A stretch of DNA of 64,000 nucleotides, from NCBI RefSeq assembly GCF_009914755.1, contig NC_060938.1; one strand, 5' to 3'. The notes below the pieces were generated by a model. It did no database searches, was not told the origin of the DNA, and was given only the letters and a program-made list of their open reading frames with translations. Position 1 is the stretch's first letter; each line of letters opens with the position of its first letter. Positions 30,279 to 43,295 of this stretch are shown here, piece by piece. Source of the DNA: the human T2T-CHM13v2.0 reference genome, Homo sapiens. The position numbers were made by a program, and so were the translations under genes.

Positions 30279-30965
30279 TGTTAGTTAGGCATTAGCAGCC
30301 AGGCAGGGGTGAAAGAAAAGAGCAGAAGGGCTGTCACTAAGACAGGCTCTAGCCCACTTAAATTCAGCCTGCACACTGCCCTAACTTGACCCTAAGGATG
30401 GAGTCTGTGGTAACGTCTGTGGTTAGCACATCCTGGAAAAAATATACTAGGCCACAGATAATCTCTTAAAGTGGTGAATATCCAGACCATCTAGGCTGCA
30501 ATCCCAGGTAACCTCATCCTAATTATGCAGTCATTATAATAAAATTTACCTGTGTTTTTGCCCTCCCCCTACCAAAATGGGCTTTTCTTAATGGATTGTG
30601 GGTAAGAATATATGTGGTTTAACTTCAGTTATATAGCCAAAAACTGGCAAGCAAATGACATCATCCTGTCACTCAAATACAGCCCAAGCCTTAACTCCTC
30701 CCCACAAACCGGATGAATGCACCCTAAGCTCCATAAAGAGGGACTGATTTCATGTCACAGGAACCAGCCCACTCTCCCTCTGAGGGTGTATGACTGTACT
30801 TCAGTAAACTGTGCTTTGAGTTTGCATTTTGGCGTTAGTTTGCAATTCTTTGCTCACTATCACAGGAACTGAGATTGCTGCTCCAGAGCTCTGGCCTTGT
30901 TTCTCTCCAGCCTTGCTGATCTCCTCGGTTGGAGAATTCATCCCAATGCAGAATCCTTGGTAATA
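30279..30965 (+). mobile_element. Solo LTR (ERVL MER54/MER73-like)
   Basis: Starts tgttag; cataaa TATA-like and agtaaa polyA-like signals; acatt repeated on both flanks. Confidence 0.7.
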
Positions 30966-31268
30966 CATTGACAAAAAATAACAACATACAGCTATTCAAA
31001 TGATACAGAAAAGAATATTTATTGAGGTAAAAATATCAAGCTTAGATTATTAATATAAGTATGGTTACTAAGTAGTATTTCTGGTTAAAGATGAGCAATT
31101 AAATATATTGAATGCTCCTTCCAAAAATATATTTGAATATGCTGAATAAATGTAAAAATCAAAAGAAATTAATCACAGGAATGGGAAGCAGAATCAATGC
31201 CACTAACCAGGAAAGAGAATCTTCTTGCAGAAAATTAGCTGTTCAAACACCTTAAAGAAAAACACCCG

Positions 31269-31590
<322 letters not shown>

Positions 31591-31825
31591 AACACCCAGG
31601 CTGTAGGCCCCTGCTCTTCCTTTCCGGGCCCAAACTACGAAGCCAGGGACTCTGCGATCAAAACATTCCTAGACATTCCCAGGTGAGCTAAGGAAGTACT
31701 GTGTTCTCCATTTTCCCATATTGTTTAAATTCTAAATCTGATTAGTCAAAGATTGCAAAGCATAAGATACAATGCAGACAGCTAGAAAGAAAGGGCACAC
31801 TACTAATAGATTAATCATTGAACTC

Positions 31826-31997
31826 TTTTTTTTTAATGTAAATTTTTTTTATTATACTTTAAGTTTTAGGGTACATGTGCACAACGTGCAGGTTAGTTAC
31901 ATATGTATACATGTGCCATGTTGGTGTGCTGCACCCATCAACTCATTTAACATTAGGTATATCTCTTAATGCTATCCCTCCCCCCTCCCCCCACCCC
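31826..31997 (-). mobile_element. Young L1PA 3' terminal fragment (~170 bp)
   Basis: ttattatactttaagttttagggtacatgtgcacaacgtgcaggttagttac...ccctcccccctcccccc. Confidence 0.9.
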
Positions 31998-32619
31998 TGT
32001 GATAAAATCATAAAGCAGAAAACAGGAAAAAAGCTTTAAAGTAATTATAATTAGTAATTAATATTTTCAGAAACTTTTGAGAAACTATCATACCCAAGAA
32101 ATGGAAAATCTCAGAAGAAAAATTATAACAGCTTTTGAAAACTGAAATATACTTGTTGAAATTAAGACAGTAACACTTTTTTACAAATGGTCTGAATATT
32201 CTAATTAAAGATTAAATTAAGAAATTATTTGAGGATGCAGAATAAAAAACAGAGATGGGAATATGAAATAACTATTTATAAATATGAAATACAGAGCCTA
32301 AAATTCCTACATACATTCTTCTAATTCCTGTTATGAGTTCTTGAAAGAAAAAAATACTAAAGATAGAGAACAGAAAGTAAAGTAATTTAAGACGAAAATC
32401 ACTGTGTGCTACAAAAAGACCAAATTAACACATTAAATATAACACAGAAAAATTGATCAATAATTCTCATTTTGGCATATCCACCTGAGATTTCTGAACT
32501 CCAAGTTAAAGAAAAAATACACAGAGCATGGGCATAATTTCAGAAGCACTTATGTAGATTAAAAAATTACTTAAAAATACAAAAAGGAGTAACAGCCTGA
32601 CCTGTGAATAGTGAAATTA

Positions 32620-33907
32620 TATTTTTATTTTTTAATTTATTAAAATATCAAGTATTTATAATAAAAAGTGCCCATTATAAAGTTACAAGTTCATTAATGT
32701 AAACATCTATTTAACTTCTAACCGAAAGAAGATACGTACTTGCATTTCACTCAAAAATTTACTTATCCCTATTCTCAATCAGCCCATCTCCCATCTCTGA
32801 TATCAGGAAACCAATGACATGCTTTTTATATCCAGTGGTTGGTTTGCCTGTTCTAGAATTCCATATAAATTTATTATATAATATATACTGTTTTATGTCT
32901 GGATTCTTTCACTCAGTATACTGGTTTTGAAGTACCACAGTGCAGCAGCATATATCAATAGTTTAATTAAATATGTATATTACAATTCACTGAATGATTA
33001 TACCATGACTTCGTCATCCATTCACCTGTTGGTGTGTATTTGGGTTCTTTCAATTTGCGCTCCTATAAATTAATATGTTTACTAGAAAAATTATTTTCCA
33101 AGACATTTTCTGGACAGATATTTTAATTTGTCTTTGATATTAATTTCTCCTGTAAGTGGAATTGCTAAGTCATATGGTAAGTGCATATTTAATTGTATAA
33201 GTAATTATCAATTTTTAAAAAATCTATAAGTCCAGGTAGCTCGATATCCTTGCCTACTTTCTATCATCAGTCCTTTAAATTTTAGGAAATCTAGTGATTG
33301 TGCAGAGAAATCTAATTACAATTTTAATTGGCATTTGCCTAAACAATAATAAAGTTAATAATTTTTATATGTGTAACAGCTGTTTTTATATTCTCTTTTA
33401 AGTATATGGCCAAACCTTTGTTGTATTTTTAATTGAGTCATGAGTCTTTTTCTTATTGGGTTGTAATATTGCTGTATATATTAGAATTAAAATGATTTGA
33501 GATATATATATTTCACTATATGAAATTTAATAATATATGAATGAATATGAAATATGAAATTAATATAAACTATAAAATTAATATGAAATATATAATGGAT
33601 ATAAAATATATACTATAGTATATGAGCATAAGAGAAATAAAATATATACTGAAGATTTTTTTTATCCTGAGTGCCCTTCAAATAAAAACTTTATTCTAAT
33701 TTGATTAAGTTCAACTTAACCTATTTTTTTATGGTTAATGTTTTTGGTGACCTGTTGATAAAAATCTTGGCTTATCAAAAGTTACACATCTTCTTTCTTA
33801 AGGGACTTATATTGTTGACTTCATCTTTAGGTCTATAGTTTACTTTACATTGCTTTTTATCTACAGTGCGAACATGAGTTGAAACTTATGTTTCCTGTAT
33901 AACTATA
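32620..33907 (-). mobile_element. Old L1M(E-like) 3' part, continuation of the 19480-21132 element across the inversion
   Basis: Reverse complement begins in the ORF2 stretch leading to tatagacctaaa and runs through the 3' UTR. Confidence 0.75.
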
Positions 33908-33910
33908 CAC

Positions 33911-34511
33911 ATATATATATTATATATATCCATATATATTATATATATCCATATATAATATATATATCTATATATTATATATATCCATATATATTATATA
34001 TATCCTATATATTATATATCTATATATTATATATATCTATATATTATATATATCCATATATATTATATATCTATATATTATATATATCCATATATGTTAT
34101 ATATCTATATATTATATATATCCATACATATTATATATCTATATATATTATATATATCCATACATATTATATATATCTATATATATTATATATATCCATA
34201 CATATTATATATATCTATATATATTATATATATCCATATATATTATATATATCTATATATATTATATATATCCATATATATTATATATATCTATATATAT
34301 TATATATCATATATTATATATCCATATATTATATATCATATATTATATATCCATATATTATATATATCTATATATATTATATATATCCATATATATTATA
34401 TGGATATATATATATATCCATATATATATATGGATATATATATCCATATATAATATATATCCATATATATAATATATATCCATATATAAAATAAACTAGT
34501 ACGATATATAT
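33911..34511. repeat. AT-rich minisatellite (~15-19 bp TATATATCCATATATAT-type units) with perfect palindromes
   Basis: Direct inspection; 36-bp perfect palindrome at 34408-34443. Confidence 0.92.
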
Positions 34512-34560
34512 ACATCCTACTAGTTCTGTCCCTCTACGGAACCCTGACTAATACAGATTT

Positions 34561-34578
34561 TGGTACCAGGAGTGGTTC
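34561..34578 (+). promoter_or_regulatory. Primer-binding site (tRNA-Leu type) of HERV-L
   Basis: tggtaccaggagtggttc just downstream of the LTR end. Confidence 0.75.
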
Positions 34579-35478
34579 TAGAGGAACAGAATATTAAGGA
34601 TGGAGTTCTTTCATTGGTTTTGGGGTTTCTGGAGTTGTCTGCTTAATATGATTAGACCCAAAAATGCTAAGGACTCTACTTCTAATAGTATGGAAAACAC
34701 TGATATTCCTTGATGTGGACTGTTTAGAGAGTTATGCATAATAAACACATTTGACACTCCTGACTCACTGCTTGTGAGAGGCAAGGAGTTTAGTGACTCT
34801 ATGCATAATACCTCTGACCATATGTGGAGAACCAAGGAACATAATGAAGCTGGTTGGTTGCTCCTAAGTTCAGTGGACAAAGTGATAAAAGAAAATGATT
34901 AACTCGGGGATTCTAACTCCCGGCTTCAGAAGCAGGTATTGAACCCCAAATCTGCTAAAATTGACCTGAGCGAGAGTCTTATCTCCTGTAAAGAAAGAGC
35001 TGAAATTGTGGAAAAAGAGACACAGGTGCTTATTGTGCAAGTGGGTGACCTGCAATGAAAGGTGCAAGCAGAGCCTTGCCTCGTGTTAATCTTTCTCCCC
35101 AAGGACAACTCTATCCTTTTACTAGGGTAACTGTGCATTGGGGAAAAGGAAATGATCAGATACTTAGGGACTACTGGACACTGGCTCTGAGCTGACGTTG
35201 ATTCCTGGGGACCCAAAACATCACTGTGGTCCTCCAGTTACAGTAGGGGCTTATGGAGGTCATGTAATTACTGAAGTTATAGCTCAGGTCCAACTAAGAG
35301 TGGGTCCCTGGACTCATCCAGTGCCAGAATGCATAATTGGCATAGACATACTTAGAAGCTGGCAGAAACCCCATATTGGCTCCCTGACTGGTAGGGTGAG
35401 GGCTGCTATGGTGGGAAAAGCCAAATGGAAGCCATTATAGCTGCCTCTACCTAGAAAAATTGTAAATCAAAAACAATA

Positions 35479-35988
35479 TTGCATCCCAGAGGGATTGCGG
35501 AGATTAGTGCCACCATCAAAGACTTGAAAGATGCTAGTCTGGTGATTCCCACCACACCACCCTTCAACTCTCCCATATGGGCTGTGCAGAAGACAGGTGG
35601 ATCTTGGAGAATGACAGTGGATTATCATAAGCTTAACCAAGTGGTGACTCCAATTGCAGCTTCAGTACCAGATGTAGTTTCATTGCTTGAGCAAATTAAC
35701 ACATCTCCTGGTACCTGGTATACAGTCAATGACTTGGCAAATGCCTGTTTCTCCATCCCTCTCCATACAGCCCACCAGAAGCAATGTGTCTTCAGCTGGC
35801 AAGGCCAGCAATATACCTTTACTATCCTACCTCAGGCGTACATCAACTCTTCAGCTTTGTGTCAAAATCTTATTCAGAGAGAACTTGATCACTTTTTGCT
35901 TCTGCAAAATATCACACTGGTCCATTACATTGATGACATTGTATTGATTGGATCCAGCCAGCAACAAGTAGCAAACACATTGGACTGA
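35479..35988 (+). pseudogene. pol: HERV-L reverse transcriptase remnant (169-codon open stretch)
   Basis: FNSPIWAVQKTGGSWRMTVDYHKLN, DLANACFSIP, YTFTILPQ and YIDD motifs. Confidence 0.92.
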
Positions 35989-36054
35989 TTGGTGAGACAA
36001 CAGCATGCCAGAGGAAAGGAAATAAATCTGACTAAAATTCTGGGAACTTCTAGC

Positions 36055-37330
36055 TTTTATAATCAAGTGGATAGGATGACTCGTTCTGTGGACACCACTC
36101 AGCCTCTTTCCTTAGCCACCCCTGTCATTGCCCAGTGGGCCTATGAACAAAGTGGCCGTGGTGTCCAGGGTGGAGGTTTTGCATGAGCTTAGCAACACGG
36201 ACTTCCACTCACCAAGGCTGACCTGGCTACAGCCACTGCTGAGTGCCCAATTTGCCAGCAGCAGAGACCAACACTAAGCCCTCAATATGACACCATTCTT
36301 CAGGGTGATCAGCCAGCTACCTAGTGGCAGGTTTATTATATTGGACCTCTTCCATCATGGAAAGGGCAGAGATTTGCCCTCAGTGGAATAGACGCTTACT
36401 CCAGATATGTGTTTGTCTATCCTGCATGCAATGCTTCTGCCAAAACTACCATCTGTGGACTCATGGAGTGCCTTATATCCACTGTCATGGTATTCCATAC
36501 AGCATTGCCTCTGACTAAGGCATTCACTTTGCAGCTAAATAAGTGCAGCAGTGGGATCATGCTCATGGAATTCACTGGTCTTACCATGTTCCCCATTATC
36601 CTGAAGCAGCTGGATTGATAGAATGGTAGAATGGCCTTTGGAAGTCACAATTACGACCCCAATTAGGTAACAATATTTTTCAGGGCTGGGGCAAAGTTCT
36701 CCAGAAGGCAGTGTATGCTCAAAATTAGCGTCCAATATATGGTACTGTTTCTCTCATATCCAAGACTTATGGGTCCAGGAATCAATGGCAAGTGGAAGTG
36801 GCACCACTCATCATCACCCCCTAGTGATCCACTGGCAATATTTTTGCTTCTGTTCCTGTGACATTACGTTCTGCTGGACTAGCGGTCTTAGTTCCAGAGG
36901 GAGGAACACTGCCACCAGGAGGAACAACAATTCCGTTAAACTGGAATTTAAGATTGCCACCTGGTTACACTTTGGGCTTCTCCTATCTTTAAGTCAACAG
37001 GCTAAGACAGGAGTTACAGTGTTGGCTGGGACAACTGATCCAGACTATGAGATGAAATCAGTCTACTAGTCCTCAATGGAGGTAAGGAAGAGGATGCATG
37101 GAACACAGGAGATTCGATAGGACATCTCTTAATATTACCATGCCCAGGAATTAAGGTCGATGGGAAACTAAAATAGCCCATTCCAGGCAGCACTACAAAT
37201 GGCCCAGACCCTTCAGGAATGAAGGTTTGGGTCACTCCACAAGGACGAAAATCATGACTTGCTGAGGTGCTTGCTAAAGGCAAAAGAAATACAGAATGGG
37301 TAGTGGAAGAAGGTAACCAATACCAGCTAT
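36055..37330 (+). pseudogene. HERV-L integrase and dUTPase remnants
   Basis: CPICQQQRP zinc-finger half, WQVYYIGP-type core start, and dUTPase-like HFGLLLSLSQQAKTGVTVLAGTTDPDY; frameshifted. Confidence 0.8.
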
Positions 37331-38434
37331 GACTATGTGACAGTTGCAGAAACGAGGACTGTAATTGTCATGATTGTTTCCTTCTTCTTTTGTTAAAAAC
37401 ATATTTGAACACTTATACACTTATACTAAGACAATATCTTCATTTTATTTCCTTTTTCCTTTATAATGAGACATAAGATTTATTGACTTCATATCAGCAT
37501 GTAAGTATTGTTAACTTTATGTAATGGCATTTGAGTTGGGAATTGGTGCATTTTTGGTTGTACGAAAGATAGTTGTATTATCTTAGGCATAATTATGAGC
37601 TTATTATTGTCTTTATTTGAAGATTATGTATGATCTCAGGAGATGTATATGTGTTCAAGTTGACAAGGGGTGAACTTGTGATGGTTAATACTGAGTGCCA
37701 ACTTGATTGGATTGAAGCATGCAAAGTATTGATCCTGAGTGTGTCTGTGAGGGTGTTATCAAAGGAGATTAACATTTGAGTCAGTGGGCTAGGAAAGGCA
37801 GACCCACTCTTAATCTGGGTGGGAGTCATCTAATCAGCTGCCAGCAAATATAAAGCAGGCAGAAAAATGGGAAAAGGCTAGACTGGCCTAGCCTCCCAGC
37901 CTACATCTTTCTCTGGAGCTGGATGCTTCCTACCCTCAAACATCACACTCCAAATTCTTCAGTTTTGGGACTCAGACTGGCTCTCATTTTTCCTCAGCTG
38001 GCAGATGGCCCATTGTGGGACCTTGTGATCATGTGAATTAATACTTAATAAACATATATATATATAATTAGCTCTGTCCCTCTAGAGGGCCCTAATACAG
38101 CAGGTATGATTGGAACACTTCACATTGTATAGCGTTTTGTACCCTGTGACATATTATAGATTGATAAATGGATGCCTACATATACCTAGAGACAAATAGA
38201 TATATAGATACATAAAGGTATACATACATGTGACATCTATCTATCTATATGTATATATATTTACATATATATATATGTACTACAATTCATTCATTCATTC
38301 ATTCTTTTCTGCTTCCTTTTGTGATCGGAAAACTCTTACCAAACTTTTAGAAAATCATCAAATTCCTAAACTTCTTAGAAACCATAATTTACTCATCCCC
38401 AAAGTAAACTCTCAATTATTTAAAACATTAATGA

Positions 38435-38685
38435 TAACAATAATAAACACAGTAATTTAACGCTGTTAGTATCTGACATTTATGGTGGGCAGTTACTGTT
38501 TTATGTGCTTAAAACCTCATTTAATCGCCAACATTCTACGAGGTAGTTACAATTGCTGTCTCACTTTTAATGACAAGAAAACAGTGTCATAGGAAAGTTC
38601 ATTAATTTGTTTAGTCTGCTAGCTAACAGTGACAATACTAGAACGCTAAACCTAGGCAGCCTGGCTCCAGAGCCCATACTCAGAT
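38435..38685 (-). mobile_element. MIR
   Basis: cctcatttaatc...gaggtag...cctaggcagcctggctccagagccc. Confidence 0.7.
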
Positions 38686-38804
38686 GATATTCTATACCTG
38701 TACTTTGATAATACTTTCATTTTTACAGTACTTACAGTACTTACGACATTGTGTATTGTGTTGTAATCATATGTTGGCACTTTTTTAGTTTTTAAATGCT
38801 AAGA

Positions 38805-39890
38805 ATACAGCAGAAATCTATTGAATAAAATTGAAAACAGGAAAACAATAGAAAATGAGTGAAACATCAGTATTTTAAATATCAAAACCTCTAACAAAAC
38901 TGATAAAGAAAAAATAAAAGAGACAAATTATCAATATCAGGAATGAAACGTAGAGTATCAGCATAGGCCCTGCAGACATGAAAAAGTGAAAAAGAGAATA
39001 TTCAAAGCACACATAATTGGTCAACCTCGATGAAATGGACTAGTTTATCCAAAGCACAAACCACCAAGAAACTCACCCAACATGAAAAAAAAATTTGTAT
39101 AGCAGTAACTATTAAGACAATTGAAGTCATAATAAAAAGCTCCTAAAAAAATGTCTCCAGGTCCAGAGGGTTTCACTGGATGAGTCTATGAAACATTTAG
39201 AGAAGAATTAATGCCAAAATCTCCACAATCTTGTCTAGAAAACTCAAGATAAAGGAACAATTCCTCACATTATTAACAGCTAGTATTATCCTGATACCAA
39301 AACCAGACAAAGACAATTTTAAAAAACTCAAAATATAGACTAATATTTCTAATAAGTACAAATGTAAACCCTTAAGAAAATATTAACAAATTGAATTTAG
39401 TAATAGGGGAGGCTAAGGTGGGAGGATCACCTGAGCACAGTAAGTGGAGGCTGTAGCAAACTGTGATGGTGACACTGCACTCCAGCCTGGGTAATGAGAG
39501 TAAGACTCTATCAAAAAAAAAGATGAAAAAGAAAGAGAGAGAAAGAGGAAGGAAGGAAGGGAAGGAGGAATGAAGGAATGAAGGAAGGAAGGAAGGAAGG
39601 AAGGAAGGAAGGAAGGAAAGAAGGAAGGAAGGAAGGAAGGAAAATTATGTATCATGACAAAGTAAGGTTTATCCCAGAGATGCAAGGCTGGTTCAGTATT
39701 CAAAAGTAGAACCATATGAACAGGCAAAGAAAGAAAAATCATATAATTATACTTGATTATATAAATTTATGCAAAGGTAGCAATGGACAAAACTCAACAC
39801 CCATTCATTCATTATAAAAACTGTCAGAAAACTAGGGGTGTAGGCGAATTTTTCCAATTTCATAAAGAATATCTACCAAAAACTTATGAA
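38805..39890 (+). mobile_element. L1M ORF2 fragment
   Basis: ccaggtccagagggtttcactgg; ctgataccaaaaccagacaaagac; atcccagagatgcaaggctggttc. Confidence 0.85.
39407..39643 (+). mobile_element. Truncated AluJ/FRAM right monomer with a tail expanded to (GGAA)n
   Basis: gggaggctaaggtgggaggatcacctgag...cactccagcctggg, then a GGAA array. Confidence 0.85.
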
Positions 39891-42814
39891 TTATTGCTAT
39901 TCCCCAAGTACCACAAGACTGCCAACACTTTCGCTTAAGGCCTTCTGTTTGGCTTCTTAGCTTTGTGCATCATACAGCTTAGATCTCAGCAGAAATCTTG
40001 AAGGGAAAATAAGCCTTGGGCTTAGTTGTCCTCCTCTTCTCCTTTTCCGTCATGATCCTGACACTTCAAGTCTCTAATTTTTGTCTCCTTATCCCCATGA
40101 CACTGCCAAGGTTCTGTTTTTTCTGCCTCTTAGTAGAATCCTTTTTTTCTAGGCTCATTGCCAGATCTTCAGTTTCTTGCCTCATGCCTGGAATTTTGAA
40201 TGCTATGAGGAAAAACAAATGGCTACAGGTTGTTAACTAAGCTCTTCATGGTTTCCCCCTCTTCAAGATTCTTTCCCTGTGAGTTCTGGCAGCCTCAAAG
40301 TCTCTCTCATATATTCAGAAATTCATTTATTAGTTTTTAATCATACTTAGCATTTCTAGCTGTTTTTGGAGGGAGTGTCAGCTTGCTGCAAGCTATTTCA
40401 TCTTAGCTAGAAGTGGGAGTCTCAAAGCAGAGGTTTCCCAAAAGGTAAAGAATTTATGATCTAAAAGTGACATTGGGAAGTGAAGAAGACACTGACACTG
40501 TATTCTGATCCTGAAAACCATCAACTGCTGGAGAATGAGTAGCTTTGACTACAGGGTCAAAAAGGAAAACTGAGTGTCAGTTAATGCAGTGAAAAAGAAG
40601 GAACAGTTAACAGTCACTCTAGAGAATTTTATAAAATGGATTTAAAGCAATGGTAAAGCACATTTTAACTATTTCTTTCCAAACTGTTTCATTAGGCTTG
40701 CTGCTTCCATGACTTTAGGTTAGCCCTAGTGCAATTTATTCCCTCCACATTAAACTCAGTGGTTGCTCTTCTAGTTATAGACTAAACCACGTATTGTGCA
40801 TTTTAGATCCAGTAATGTTCTCCATAAGAATTCCTGGATGCTCTGTTTATTCAAAAAGATTGCATTTAATGAAAAAAGTTTATTGTTGAATTTGAGAAAA
40901 AAGAAAAAAATAAGAATTATACTTTTTTATAAGTGAGAATAAATAATTTCTAAAAGGGGATTTTTTTATTTTTTAAAATGCTCTTCTTTATCACAAATTG
41001 AATTGACTTAACATATATTTTAAGGATGAAAGCTAATGCTGATCCCAGAATTATGAGTGTGCGTGTTCTCTTTAAATGAAGACCATAAAATGTGTTTATT
41101 ATACATGAATATAGGCTAATTTTCATATGCATTATGTATATTTTATGCTAATATAATGTATTACTTTAGATGTTTGTGGTTTCAAGTTGTTAAAATTTTC
41201 TTTCTGTTTCAGACTAGCTTAAACAAATAGAAAATGTATTTATGCAACTGAAGATGGTACAACCAATTATGTCATTAAGGTCCTAAGTTCCTTCCATTTG
41301 TCCATTTTGGCAAATGCAATAGAAGTTCCATCAAAAGACTTATCCCCTTGTGTTTGCAATATTACTAACAAATAGCAGGAATTTTCTAGTGAATCAGCAC
41401 TTCCCAGGAGCAATCATTTCCAGCGTTTTTTTTTTTTTTCAGGAGTGAAGAAGCTTTTCCTAAAATTATAATAACATCTTATTTACCAGCATTTTATCCC
41501 CCCATGCCTAGCTATACCAGTTACTGGCAGGGGAGATAGTCATGAACACATCAGATCACTCAGACATATCTCATGAGGTTAGGAATAGAACCAGTCTCCT
41601 TGGGAGCAAATGGTCGAAGGCAAGGAGTGGAGGAGTGTAAATATCCTAATATAGTCAGGTTTCTGTTAGAAAGGATGCAAACAGAAGATGGATGTTGTTA
41701 ATTTCATTAAGTGCTCAATAAATAACCATTGTTTTATGTCCCTTATTTTCTAAATACCTTTACAATTTTAAACTTTTCTTTATAACACTATCTTTACAAC
41801 TACTCTGTCATTTTATAGATTAGAGAATAGGTGGGATATGTAAAATGCATTTTACATGTAACTTGCTCTTTTGTCAAACTTATTCTTTCATAGCAAGATC
41901 TGGAAACTGAGCTAAGACTTCCCTTCTGCTACTGCTTTATTTTTCTGTTCTTTTCTGTATGCTTCTTGAAAAGAAATAGACTTTATTCACAGAAGCTTTT
42001 CACTATTATCCCTGTTCCACTGTAAGTACTTGAACTTTTTTCTCATGATAATTTCTCAGCATTACTGGATAAAAGAAAGCTACCCTCATTTGAGCTAAGA
42101 TTTGTGGAACGGACTTTCCCATTTACATCAGCTCTTCCTTGAAAACCAAAGTAGGTAGACTCAAATCAAAGAAATAAGATATAATTTATGTTTTATACAG
42201 TTTCACTTCTTAACAGTTTATTATGCTCTTATTAAAAATTATTTTTCTTCATACAGAACTGAAATGGTTTTAGAAGATTATGGTTTCATAATCCTTCCAG
42301 ATGTAGCTCACTTTAATGAATATATGAGTTTGTGAGGAGTTGTATATAGAGTGACTTCAATCAAGTAATCATTTAAAATTCAGTTGGGTGCCTCATTGGT
42401 GTAAAAATAAATCATTCTTTAGACGTATAAGAACTATTCTTCTTTTCGTTCTAAAAATTTTAAATTTATTTCTTATATTGTATAAACATACGTTCCCAAA
42501 ATTTGTTTGTTTTTACTTGCACAATCTCTTTTCCTTACAAGCATACTTTTCGGTGATTATTTCCCACCAGACCATAGGATTAATGAGAACGTGAAACCTA
42601 TAAACTTGATCATCACTGTGTCCCCAGGCATGGGTTCTGAAAACAAGTAGGTGTAAAATAAATGTTCATAAGCTACAAAAACATTATCTCTTTGTACCAC
42701 AAATATTTTGGATGTGGTTAGATACTGGCCAATTCTGTATATCAGTTGTTTTCACTCATTTATTCTTGTTGTTTTTTTTTTTTTATGTTGGCTAAAATGA
42801 CTTTACTTTTCTAT

Positions 42815-43170
42815 TTTTTCTTTTCTTTTTTTAAATTTTTTTTAAATTATACTTTAAGTTCTAGGGTACATGTGCACAACGTGCAGGTTTGTCACATATG
42901 TACACATGTGCCATGTTGGTGAGCTGCACCCATTAACTTGTCATTTAACATTAGGTATATCTCCTAATGCTATCCCTCCCCCCTCCCCCGACCCCATGAC
43001 AGGCCCCGGAGTGTGATGTTCCCCTTCCTGTGTCCAAGTGTTCTCATTGTTCAATTCCCACCTATGAGTGAGAACATACAGTGTTTGGTTTTTCGTCCTT
43101 GCTATAGTTTGCTGAGAATGATGGTTTCCAGCTTCATCCATGTCCCTACAAAGGACATGAACTCATCCTT
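42815..43170 (-). mobile_element. L1PA 3' end (~350 bp)
   Basis: Primate L1 3' UTR: ttatactttaagttctagggtacatg...aaggacatgaactcatcc. Confidence 0.92.
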
Positions 43171-43295
43171 TCAATTTTTATTTTAGATTCAGGAGGCACA
43201 TGTGTGGGCTTATTGCAAGGGTAGATTGTGTGATGCTGAGGTTTGGGCTTCTGTTGATCTTGCCACTCAGATAGTGATCATAGTACCCAGCAGCG
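43171..43295 (-). mobile_element. Older L1PA16/17-like 3' terminal fragment
   Basis: ttttagattcaggaggcacatgtg...tgatgctgaggtttggg...catagtaccc. Confidence 0.75.

Larger units (their letters stand above)
34512..38099 (+). mobile_element. HERV-L provirus, internally deleted; 5' LTR stub 34512-34555, complete 3' MLT2A1 LTR 37677-38099
   Basis: LTR end ctgactaataca, PBS tggtaccaggagtgg, gag/pro/RT/IN/dUTPase remnants, purine tract before tgtgatgg. Confidence 0.93.

Noticed and set aside
34094-34453. 119-aa Y/I-rich ORF (and the similar one at 21337-21534)
   Set aside because: Artefact of AT-rich tandem repeats.
39890-41700. Possible old L1/HAL1 5' region and MLT1K/L fragments
   Set aside because: Similarity too faint to set family or boundaries by eye.
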